Shown: positions 35,920 through 43,943 of the stretch, in pieces | Layout: each line of letters begins with the position of its first letter | Position numbering within the stretch: position 1 is the stretch's first letter | Source: Minisyncoccota bacterium | GTDB taxonomy: Bacteria > Patescibacteriota > Minisyncoccia > Phycocordibacterales > Phycocordibacteraceae | DNA: 64,000 bases | NCBI GenBank assembly: GCA_035531495.1 | Contig: DATKSU010000006.1 | Location: 1,821 to 65,820, forward strand | Direction of reading: 5' to 3' | Notes under the pieces: generated by a model | The model's input: only the letters and a program-made list of their open reading frames with translations | The model's database searches: none | Told to the model about the DNA's origin: nothing | Position numbers and translations under genes: made by a program

Positions 35920-37755
35920 CTAGCGTATCTCGTATCCCTTCTCCTTGAGCGCGGCGTAAACCTTCTCCATGATGGCGTTAACTTCATCATCGGTAAGCGT
36001 GCGCTCGAACGACTGGAAGACGAGCCGGAACGCGTACGACGTCCTTCCCTCTTTCTCGAACGTATCGAATCGATCCAGCCGGACAGCGAGGTCGCCGGCA
36101 TGCTTGCGGATGAGTTCCCCGACCGACGCTTCGTCGGTATCGGCCGGCACCCAACAGGCGACGTCGCGCACGATGAACGGATATTGCGAGAACGGCTTGT
36201 ACATACCGAGCTTGTAGCGCTTCGGCTCGTAGTCCTTGCCGTAATCCTCGAGCTTCGCCTTGGAGAGATTGTCGTGCGCAGGAACGCCTTTCCACGCAGT
36301 CTCTGTCATCCGCAGTTCGAGGTACTCGCCTTCTTTCGGGAAGACGCTTCCGACCTCGAAGAGCTTCGGCTTCGCGTTCGGCGGAAGCACGAGCGGCGCA
36401 TACTCCCGCGCCTTTGTGAGCGCGTCGGCGAGCCCGTCCTCGAGCGAGGTGCGCAGCATGGACTTGGTCTTATCGAGCGGATTGGCGAGCATGACGTCGC
36501 CCTTCGGCGCGAAGGATTGGGTCGACACCTCCGTGAAGCCCTGCTCGATGAGCTGGTCCTTCATCCGCTCGATGCCGCGGAAGCGGGCTTGGTCGGGCTC
36601 GCCCATGGGCGGCAACTCGACCGAGGGGATGCTGTCGTAGCCGAGTATGCGGCCGACTTCCTCGACGAGGTCTTCGGGAATCGCGAGATCGGTGCGCTCA
36701 AAGGGCGGCGTCACGATGATCGTTTCTCCGGCAGCCACGCAGTAAAAGCCGAAGCGGCGGCTAAAAACGTCGGTAACCGGAGCCATTCCCTCGAGTCTGC
36801 GGCCAAGGAGACCGTTTATGCGCGCGAGCGAGACCCTCACCGGCGGATACGCGGGAGCGGGAGCGGGATATTCGTCCACGACGCCAATCACTTCCCCGCC
36901 CGTGATGTCCGTGATGAGGGCGAGGACATCGCGCATACCGTAGGCGGCGAGCCCGGGCGACGGCTTATTCTGGAAGCGCGTCGACGCTTCCGTGAAGAGC
37001 GCGAGCGCCTGCGCCGTACGGCGGATTGAGGGGCCGTCGAAGTTCGCCGACTCGATGACGAGGTCCGTTGTCGCCTCCGTCACCTCCGCCGCTTTCCCTC
37101 CCTTGATGCCGGCAATGCCGATCGGCAGATTGCGCTGCGCGTCCGTGATGAGGAGCGCGCCTTCCGGAAGCGCGTACTCCTCGCCCGAGAGGGTCGTGAA
37201 CTTCTCGCCCTTCGTCGCGCCGCGCACGCCGATGGCGTACCGGCCCTCCTTGCCGGCGAGCTTAGCCGCGTCGAAGGCGTGGAGTGGCTGGCCGATGTCG
37301 AGCATCACGTAATTCGTCGCGTCGACGACGTTGTTGATGGAGCGCTGCCCGACCGCTTCGAGCGCTTCTCGAAGCCAGCTGGGCGACGGGCCGACGGTGA
37401 CGCCCTTCACGACGGCGCTGATGTAGCGCGGGCACTTCGTCGGGTCCTCTATCTCCACCGTGAGCGCGTTCGCCCTCGGGAACGACGGCACGGGCTCCCG
37501 CAAGGGGTCTCTCTTGAGCGGGATGCCGCGTATGGCCGAGAGTTCTTTGGCGAGCCCGCGGTGCGAGAGGCAGTCGGCAGCGCGGTTCGGCAGCACCTTC
37601 ACGTCGAGTAGGTCGTCCGTATATCCCTCAACCTCGAATGCATGAAAGGTGAAGTCATCGGCGAGCCGTTCCGCGTCCGACCCATTGCCGAGATCGTCTT
37701 CCAGCGACTGCTTGTCGAGGTACTTCTTCAGCAACCATGCTCGGGAGATTTTCAT
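35920..37755 (-). CDS. pheT: phenylalanyl-tRNA synthetase beta subunit
   Basis: B3/B4 and B5 domain similarity and a C-terminal FDV-like anticodon-binding region. Start at M74 (MKISRAWLLKKYL). Its start overlaps the pheS stop. Confidence 0.85.
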   Translation of the reverse strand: MKISRAWLLKKYLDKQSLEDDLGNGSDAERLADDFTFHAFEVEGYTDDLLDVKVLPNRAADCLSHRGLAKELSAIRGIPLKRDPLREPVPSFPRANALTVEIEDPTKCPRYISAVVKGVTVGPSPSWLREALEAVGQRSINNVVDATNYVMLDIGQPLHAFDAAKLAGKEGRYAIGVRGATKGEKFTTLSGEEYALPEGALLITDAQRNLPIGIAGIKGGKAAEVTEATTDLVIESANFDGPSIRRTAQALALFTEASTRFQNKPSPGLAAYGMRDVLALITDITGGEVIGVVDEYPAPAPAYPPVRVSLARINGLLGRRLEGMAPVTDVFSRRFGFYCVAAGETIIVTPPFERTDLAIPEDLVEEVGRILGYDSIPSVELPPMGEPDQARFRGIERMKDQLIEQGFTEVSTQSFAPKGDVMLANPLDKTKSMLRTSLEDGLADALTKAREYAPLVLPPNAKPKLFEVGSVFPKEGEYLELRMTETAWKGVPAHDNLSKAKLEDYGKDYEPKRYKLGMYKPFSQYPFIVRDVACWVPADTDEASVGELIRKHAGDLAVRLDRFDTFEKEGRTSYAFRLVFQSFERTLTDDEVNAIMEKVYAALKEKGYEIR

Positions 37756-38537
37756 AGCGGTTTCTCGTCGAAGCCGTAGACGAACCGGATGTCGCCCGAA
37801 TGGAAGAGGCGCGCGTCCGGAACGCCGTACTTGATCATCATGAGGCGCTCGATGCCGGCGCCGAAGGCGAACCCCTGGTACTTCGCCGGGTCGACCTTCG
37901 CGTTCTCGAGCACCTTCGGGTGCACCATCCCGGCGCCCATGACCTCGAGCCACTTCCCTTGCGCCGGGAACCACATGTCGACCTCGACCGAGGGTTCGGT
38001 GAACGGGAAATAGCTCGGGCGGAAGCGCAGCTTCGCGCTCGCATCAAAATATTCGCGCACGAACCGGTCGAGCGTCCCTTTGAGGTGCGCGAGCGTGATG
38101 CCCTCGCCGACGGCGAGCCCTTCGAGCTGGTAGAACTGCGCCTCGTGCGTCGCGTCCGTCGCTTCGTTCCGGAACACCTTGCCCGGCGCGATGATGCGTA
38201 TCGGCGCGCCATGCTTCTCGAGGGCGCGTATCTGCACGGGCGACGTGTGGGTTCGCAGGAGCTTCCGCTCCTCGCCCGGCGCGGTCTTCACGCTGTCGTT
38301 ACTGCCGCCTGACGGCGGCCTCCCACGTTCTGGATCCTTTATCCAGAACGTGTCCCACATGTCGCGCGACGGATGGTCGGGCGCGATGTTCAAAGCGTCG
38401 AAGTTGTACCACTCGGTCTCGAGCTCGGGACCGTACGCGACGCCGAACCCCATGCGGCCGAAGATATCCGCGAAATCGCGCAGCGCGAGCGTGACGGGAT
38501 GCAAACGCCCTTCGGGGACGGGCGGCGTGTCTGACAT
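37752..38537 (-). CDS. pheS: phenylalanyl-tRNA synthetase alpha subunit (catalytic core only)
   Basis: Class II motifs (RTHTSPVQIRAL, FRNEATDATHEAQFYQLEGL, GAGMVHPKVL...GFAFGAGIERL). Start at MSDTPP, with an alternative upstream start at 38609. Confidence 0.85.
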   Translation of the reverse strand: MSDTPPVPEGRLHPVTLALRDFADIFGRMGFGVAYGPELETEWYNFDALNIAPDHPSRDMWDTFWIKDPERGRPPSGGSNDSVKTAPGEERKLLRTHTSPVQIRALEKHGAPIRIIAPGKVFRNEATDATHEAQFYQLEGLAVGEGITLAHLKGTLDRFVREYFDASAKLRFRPSYFPFTEPSVEVDMWFPAQGKWLEVMGAGMVHPKVLENAKVDPAKYQGFAFGAGIERLMMIKYGVPDARLFHSGDIRFVYGFDEKPL

Positions 38538-38559
38538 GGAAAAAGGATAACAAAGTGTT

Positions 38560-39816
38560 ATGCTCTGCGCTATGAGCCCGGAATCGGTAGCGTATCCTTT
38601 CCTCTTCATCGCGATCTACTTCGAAGTGTTCATCCTCGTGACGCTCCTCTCGAAGCCCGCGCGCGAGGCGCGTCGGCGCGCCCCGCACGCCCTCGGCACG
38701 GCGACCCCCTCGGTCGCCGTCATCGTCCCCTGCTACAACGAGGAAGCCACCGTCGCCCGGACCGCCGAATCGCTCCTCGCCCTCGACTATCCCGCGGACA
38801 AGCTCGAGGTTATCCTCGTCGACGATGGCTCGACCGATGGCACGCCTGCCGCGATGGCGCGCTATGCGCAGCATCCGCAGGTGCGCGTCATCCGTAAAGA
38901 GAACGGCGGCAAACACACGGCGCTCAATGCCGGCATCGCCATGACACACGCCGATTTCATCGGCTGCCTCGACGCCGACTCGTTCGTCGAGCCCGACGCC
39001 TTGCGCGAGATCATGCCGTCGTTCACGGACGGCCGCGTCGCGGCCACGACGGCCGCGATGTCAGTATACGAACCGAAGAAGCTCATCGAGCACATGCAGC
39101 ACGCCGAGTACGTCTTCGGCATCACGTTCCGCCACGCCATCGCATCGGTCAACGGCATCTACGTCACGCCGGGTCCGTTCTCCTTCTACCGCCGGAGCGT
39201 CCTCGAGGAGCTTGGCGGCTTCCGCTACGGCTACCAGACGGAGGACATGGAGATGGCGCTGCGCATCCAGCAGGCGGGGTACCGCATCGAGAACGCCCCG
39301 CATGCGCGCGTCTACACGAAGGTGCCGGATACGGTCGGGAAGCTCATTAAGCAGCGGGTCCGCTGGACGACCGGCTTCCTGCGCAACATCTCGAACGAGT
39401 ATCGCGGCCTCGTCGGCAGCCGCCGCCACGGCGCGCTCGGCGTCCTCGTCCTCCCCACGGCGCTCCTTGCCATCGGGAGCGGCATCCTCCTCTTCTTCCT
39501 CATGCTGTTCCAGCTCACGCAGGGAGCGATCACGACGTTCCAGCTGAATGCGGGCATCCCACTCGCCTACTCGCTCACCCCGCGCGGTTCGCTCGACTGG
39601 TTCTACCTCCCGGCGACGTTCTATACGCTCCTCGGCATCGCAGCGCTCATCGCCGCCCTCTCGCTCATCCTCGTGGGCCGCCGGCTTTCGCGGACGCCGG
39701 GTACGATTGCGCTCGGCCTCGTTTCCTACACGCTCTTCTATGGTTTCGTCGTGCCGTTGTGGCTCGTGGGCGCGACCGCCGACGTCGCCTTCGGCAAGCG
39801 CCGCTCGTGGCGCTAG
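38560..39816 (+). CDS. family 2 glycosyltransferase, processive synthase-like with C-terminal TM helices
   Basis: VIVPCYNEE...ILVDDGSTDGT...LDADS DxD-containing GT-A core, a QRVRW motif (KQRVRWTTG) and four predicted TM helices. Confidence 0.8.
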   Translation: MLCAMSPESVAYPFLFIAIYFEVFILVTLLSKPAREARRRAPHALGTATPSVAVIVPCYNEEATVARTAESLLALDYPADKLEVILVDDGSTDGTPAAMARYAQHPQVRVIRKENGGKHTALNAGIAMTHADFIGCLDADSFVEPDALREIMPSFTDGRVAATTAAMSVYEPKKLIEHMQHAEYVFGITFRHAIASVNGIYVTPGPFSFYRRSVLEELGGFRYGYQTEDMEMALRIQQAGYRIENAPHARVYTKVPDTVGKLIKQRVRWTTGFLRNISNEYRGLVGSRRHGALGVLVLPTALLAIGSGILLFFLMLFQLTQGAITTFQLNAGIPLAYSLTPRGSLDWFYLPATFYTLLGIAALIAALSLILVGRRLSRTPGTIALGLVSYTLFYGFVVPLWLVGATADVAFGKRRSWR

Positions 39817-39825
39817 CGTCCCGCC

Positions 39826-40497
39826 ATGTCGATCGTCAAGCGCAATGCGCTCATCGCCCTCGCCATCACGGCGGTCCTCGCCGGAACCGTCGCCTTCGCT
39901 ATTAATTACCTGAATAACGCGCGCGTCGGCGAACTCTCGACCATCGAGGATCAGCTGTCCATCGACACGCTCTCGCTCGATACGCAGTTCTCGCTCCTCG
40001 AGGCGGCGCCGTGCGACAGCGCCGCCTCCTCGACCGCGCTCACGGGCGAGCTCGCGGACCTCGGCAGCCGCCTCGCATACGCCGAAGATCAGCTCGGCAG
40101 CACGAATCCGCAGGTCATACGGCTGAAGGAGCAGTATTCCCTGCTCGAGATACGCGACTACCTCATCACGAAGCAGCTCGCCGCAGCCTGCGGCACGAAG
40201 CCGGTCACGGTGCTCTATTTCTATAGCAATGCCGGCGACTGCAGCGACTGCGACAAGGCCGGCTACGCGCTCTCGTACCTGCGCAATACGTATCCGTCCC
40301 TGCGCGTCTACTCGTTCGACTACAACCTCGACCTCGGCGCGCTCACGACGCTCATCTCGCTCACGAAAGTGAAGGATACGCTGCCGGCCTTCGTCATCGA
40401 CGGCAAGACGTACTACGGCTTCACGTCGCTCGCCGACCTCGAGTCGCACTTCCCGAAAGGCGCGCTCGCGACGAGCACGGCCGCGAGCGGCAGCTGA
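39826..40497 (+). CDS. membrane-anchored hypothetical protein co-transcribed with the GT2 synthase
   Basis: Starts 10 nt after the synthase stop and has an N-terminal TM. The Cys pairs CDSAAS and CSDCDK are suggestive of a redox-fold protein. Confidence 0.55.
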   Translation: MSIVKRNALIALAITAVLAGTVAFAINYLNNARVGELSTIEDQLSIDTLSLDTQFSLLEAAPCDSAASSTALTGELADLGSRLAYAEDQLGSTNPQVIRLKEQYSLLEIRDYLITKQLAAACGTKPVTVLYFYSNAGDCSDCDKAGYALSYLRNTYPSLRVYSFDYNLDLGALTTLISLTKVKDTLPAFVIDGKTYYGFTSLADLESHFPKGALATSTAASGS

Positions 40498-40506
40498 CTA
40501 CCGATG

Positions 40507-40580
40507 AGCCGGGGGTGAGATTCGAACTCACGACCTGCTGTTTACAAAACAGCTGCTCTGACCAACTGAGCTACCCCGGC
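40507..40580 (-). tRNA. tRNA-Thr (anticodon UGU)
   Basis: Folds as a cloverleaf: acceptor GCCGGGG/CCCCGGC, D-arm GCTC...GAGC, anticodon stem GCTGT/ACAGC with loop TTTGTAA, T-arm GTGAG-TTCGAAT-CTCAC. CCA is not encoded. Confidence 0.85.
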
Positions 40581-40592
40581 CGAGTGAGCGAA

Positions 40593-40660
40593 CAGAAGCA
40601 AAAGTAGCATACTTTTGCTTCTGTGAACGAACGAGGTCAGGGTATGTACTCATACCCCGG
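40593..40660 (-). terminator. two hairpins between upstream ORF and tRNA-Thr (terminator/processing signals)
   Basis: A 13-bp perfect stem CAGAAGCAAAAGT/ACTTTTGCTTCTG plus GGGTATG/CATACCC. Confidence 0.35.
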
Positions 40661-40677
40661 CGAGGGGCGGAACGGGA

Positions 40678-41094
40678 TTATTCTCCCGCACTGAGGTCGG
40701 GGATGTCGGGCTGTGTTGCCTTGAGTCCCGTCTTGAAATCGGACAAGGTCCGAACGAATTCCCGCGCATGCTCGCGCGAGCCCGCGTTTATATCATGATG
40801 CGTGCGGAAATAGCGCACGATGCGCGTGAGGAGCCGCTCGACGAAGCGGACCGCCTGCAGCGAGAATTGCGCGACGTCATGCCCGACGCGGCCTGCCATG
40901 CGGCGCAGCTCATCCCGGACGAACGCGCCGAGATCGACATGCGTTGCGATGAACGCGAGCCGTTCGACGCGCCGATCGAATTCGGCGCGCGGCGCTGCGA
41001 AGAGCCGCAGGCCGCGGCGCGCCTCGTAGGCGGTGAGCGCGAGGAAGCCCGTGAGGAGCGCGAGCGCGATGAGGATGGGAGCGGCGTAGGTCAC
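40678..41094 (-). CDS. hypothetical membrane protein (138 aa)
   Basis: Host-like GC3-rich codon usage, an N-terminal TM helix, and a start 6 nt after the tsf stop. Confidence 0.5.
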   Translation of the reverse strand: MTYAAPILIALALLTGFLALTAYEARRGLRLFAAPRAEFDRRVERLAFIATHVDLGAFVRDELRRMAGRVGHDVAQFSLQAVRFVERLLTRIVRYFRTHHDINAGSREHAREFVRTLSDFKTGLKATQPDIPDLSAGE

Positions 41095-41099
41095 GGCGG

Positions 41100-41681
41100 T
41101 TAGCGCGCGGAGAAGCGCGCGAAGCGGCTCACCTCGACGCGTTCGCCGAATTTCTGCGTCGCCTCGTTCAGGAGATTGCGCACGGTCTTCGCGTCATCTT
41201 TGATATACGGCTGCTCGAGGAGCACCTGATCGCGGAAATAGCTCGCGAGCTTCCCGTCGAGTATCTTCGCGCGCATCTCCGCCGGCTTGCCCTCGACCTC
41301 CTTCTCGAAGACGGCGGTGGCGGCCTGCATCGCGTCCTCCGGGATATCGCTCATCGCGGCGTACGTCGGGCCGGTCGCCGCGACCTGCATCGCGATCTCG
41401 CGCGCGAGCGCGGCGAACTCGGGATTCTTCGCGACGAAGTCCGTCTCGCACGAGAGGAGTACCATCGCGCCGATGGCGCCGTCATGCACGTAGCTGCCGA
41501 TGGCGCCGGCGCCGAGCGCGCGGTCGGCCTTCTTCTCGGCCGACGCCGCGGAGCGCTTGCGCAGGATGACCTCGGCCTTCGCAAGGTCGCCGCCCGCTTC
41601 CTCGAGCGCCTTCTTGCACTGCATGACGGAGACGCCGGTCGCGTCGCGCAGTGCCTTGATGCGGTCAGTCGTGAGTTCCAT
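41100..41681 (-). CDS. tsf: elongation factor Ts (short form)
   Basis: UBA-like N-terminus (IKALRDATGVSVMQCKKALEEAGGDLAKA) and a single core domain. Confidence 0.85.
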   Translation of the reverse strand: MELTTDRIKALRDATGVSVMQCKKALEEAGGDLAKAEVILRKRSAASAEKKADRALGAGAIGSYVHDGAIGAMVLLSCETDFVAKNPEFAALAREIAMQVAATGPTYAAMSDIPEDAMQAATAVFEKEVEGKPAEMRAKILDGKLASYFRDQVLLEQPYIKDDAKTVRNLLNEATQKFGERVEVSRFARFSAR

Positions 41682-41760
41682 GTGGAGGAATGGGCTTGAT
41701 TCTAGCCGAAGGAGCGGGCGCGCGCAACCGCGTTCTCGAGCGGTGCTATACTCTGCCGGT

Positions 41761-42552
41761 ATGCCGATTGAGAGAATCGTGCATGAGAGCGATGCATCCG
41801 ATTTCTATCGAACCGCCGTCTGGAAGGATACGCCCGCGGGTACGCCGCTCGAGCGTCTCCCGCCGTTCACGCGGGCACAGTATGCTCGCGCACCATTCCT
41901 CACCCGCCTCTACCGCACGCACGGACTCTTCACGAAAGTCGCGTACCACGAAGGGGATCCTTTCCTCATCGGACGCCATCTCGATGATATTGCCGGAGAG
42001 TCCTACGGAGACCCGGGCGACCGCCCGCTCGTCGCTTTCTCGAGCTTGCATGAAGGAATCGAGAAATCGCTGTGGTGCTATAGCAAGAACGTGCTGCCGC
42101 TTATCGCCGATGGTGATCGCGATATCACGGCGATGCTCGCCGAGCGCTACGAGATTGATGCACTCTTGACCGACTCCGCCGAGCTCGCGACGCTGCTCCC
42201 CGCGCTCGCGAGCCGCTTCCCGCTCAACCGCATCCGTCACGTGAGCGTTATTGGCATATCGTTCAACGTGCCTTTCATAGTGCGGATGTTCCCCGGGACG
42301 GCGCTTACTCTCGTGCTCGACCTTCCGGAGACCGGCAGCATCGCCGTCTCGTGCCCGACGGCGCTTGAGGCCGATCGCGCGGTCTTCCACGCAGCGCCGC
42401 ACCGCTTAATCGAACGCGGGCACGATCTGACGATCACTGACGGCCGGTTGCTGCCGACGCCGCTCGTGCGCTATCGAACCGGCATCGGAGTCCGTTTTCT
42501 CGAAAACACATGTGCATGCGATGCAGACGAGAGTTTCGAGTTCGCGGAATAA
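41761..42552 (+). CDS. PaaK/F390-synthetase-family paralog with degenerate adenylation motifs (possibly non-catalytic)
   Basis: Shares the LPPFTRAQ (PxxTK-like) motif and C-terminal PLVRYRTG.G...CACD with its neighbours. SSLHEG replaces the SSGTTG P-loop and GI replaces GD. TATACT sits 8 nt upstream of the ATG. Confidence 0.5.
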   Translation: MPIERIVHESDASDFYRTAVWKDTPAGTPLERLPPFTRAQYARAPFLTRLYRTHGLFTKVAYHEGDPFLIGRHLDDIAGESYGDPGDRPLVAFSSLHEGIEKSLWCYSKNVLPLIADGDRDITAMLAERYEIDALLTDSAELATLLPALASRFPLNRIRHVSVIGISFNVPFIVRMFPGTALTLVLDLPETGSIAVSCPTALEADRAVFHAAPHRLIERGHDLTITDGRLLPTPLVRYRTGIGVRFLENTCACDADESFEFAE

Positions 42553-42555
42553 TCC

Positions 42556-43704
42556 ATGCGTTACCTCACGAAAAAAGATCTCGGGAAGCGCGTATACGGT
42601 ATCGAGCGGTATCGGCCGCGAGACCCCTCAACGCGCGATCTACATCTTACCGCTTCGAGCGGAACGACGACGGGACTTCCCACGTTCCTCGTCATGTTTT
42701 GGCCGTTGCTAAGCCGCGATAGCACGTATCGGGAATGGTTCGCTTCCCTACACAGCACTGTACGAATCTCGCACAACCACCGCAGAACGCTTCGGTTTTT
42801 CTACTGCGCGCTTATGACCGGAGCGGCGAATCGCATCATTGTGCTCGATAAGCGCGATCTCATTCCTAAGAACCTTTCTCGCATCATGAACGACTATGAG
42901 CCCGTGGTGGTCAATGGTGTGCCGTCACAAGTACTCGCCTGGGCGCAAGCTGTCCGTGATTTCGGCGGAGAGACGCTGTGCCAGCGGATACGATCGGTCC
43001 ATCTCTCCGGAGAGCAATTGGTTGCGTCCCACCAGAAACTCATGCGCGCATTGCTCCCGAATGCAACGCTCCGCAACTATTATTCTCTTTCGGAATCGGC
43101 TTTCCCGACCGCTAATTGCCCCGCGACCGATGAAAACAGATACCACGTGTTTAAAGACTCGCCGACGACTCTCTCCATTGCTGATCCCGACGAGAATGGC
43201 ATCGGAGAAATCATCGTAACGACACATGAGTTCGAGAATTATCGGACCGGAGATCTGGGAAAGCTGGACGTTGTTCCGTGCCCGTGCGGGGAGCATCCGA
43301 CGCTCGTGCTCTACGGGCGGAAGAACTTCGATATATTCAAAGTCTTGGGGGCGCTATTCATAAAGAGCGAGATCGAGCGCGCGCTCGAGCCCTTCGCGGA
43401 TCGCCTCGCCGACTACCAGCTGCGCGTCGGCGAGGCAGAGCGGGGAGAGAAGCTTGTCGGCACGGCGACGCTCGACTTCGTCCCGAAGGACGGCGCGACC
43501 GTGCTCGAGACCGAGCTCGCAGCGCACCTCGCCCGCACGCTCTTCGTGACGAAGACGCGTACGCTCGCGCAGGTTATCGAGGCGGGGATCTTCGAACCGA
43601 TGCGCGCGCAACGTGTCGTAGCGATTGCGCGCGGCAAAAAGACCGCCCACCTGAAACGAGAGATGAGCGAGATGACGGCTAATCCAAGTAACCGGCGCAG
43701 CTGA
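42556..43704 (+). CDS. PaaK/CapK/F390-synthetase-like adenylate-forming enzyme (ANL superfamily)
   Basis: SSGTTTGLP P-loop, YYSLSE, YRTGDLGKL and a CPCG motif. Starts 3 nt after the preceding paralog. Confidence 0.6.
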   Translation: MRYLTKKDLGKRVYGIERYRPRDPSTRDLHLTASSGTTTGLPTFLVMFWPLLSRDSTYREWFASLHSTVRISHNHRRTLRFFYCALMTGAANRIIVLDKRDLIPKNLSRIMNDYEPVVVNGVPSQVLAWAQAVRDFGGETLCQRIRSVHLSGEQLVASHQKLMRALLPNATLRNYYSLSESAFPTANCPATDENRYHVFKDSPTTLSIADPDENGIGEIIVTTHEFENYRTGDLGKLDVVPCPCGEHPTLVLYGRKNFDIFKVLGALFIKSEIERALEPFADRLADYQLRVGEAERGEKLVGTATLDFVPKDGATVLETELAAHLARTLFVTKTRTLAQVIEAGIFEPMRAQRVVAIARGKKTAHLKREMSEMTANPSNRRS

Positions 43705-43903
43705 TGTAGAGCTGCTTGTGCTCGTTCACGACCGGCCCGCCGACGGGAACCGTGCATGATGCCGCTGCCTGGAGGCTCGTTTGCGGATGCGCGAAAGGAG
43801 CAGCCATTCGTTCGTAGAGGAACGCGCCGAGAGCGAACACGACTGCGCCAATCGCGAACGCCATGAGCGCAATCGGGGCTGGCAATCGGATGAATCGTGG
43901 CAT
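43679..43903 (-). CDS. small membrane peptide (74 aa) convergent with the adenylating enzyme gene
   Basis: TM helix PAPIALMAFAIGAVVFALGAF and a C-terminal CTVPVGGP...ISCAGYLD. Plausible codon usage. Confidence 0.35.
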   Translation of the reverse strand: MPRFIRLPAPIALMAFAIGAVVFALGAFLYERMAAPFAHPQTSLQAAASCTVPVGGPVVNEHKQLYISCAGYLD

Positions 43904-43943
43904 ACCGAGCTAAATCTAGCTTGACTAGTGTAGTATAGGCGCT

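Noticed and set aside
40501-40590. A second tRNA or tmRNA near tRNA-Thr
   Set aside because: Only one cloverleaf folds in this interval. The flanking sequence forms simple hairpins and has no T-loop or acceptor pairing.
41500-41760. Upstream extension of the degenerate PaaK-like ORF (track start 41500) overlapping tsf
   Set aside because: It overlaps the conserved tsf gene on the opposite strand. The internal ATG at 41761 has a TATACT -10 8 nt upstream, and homology begins there.
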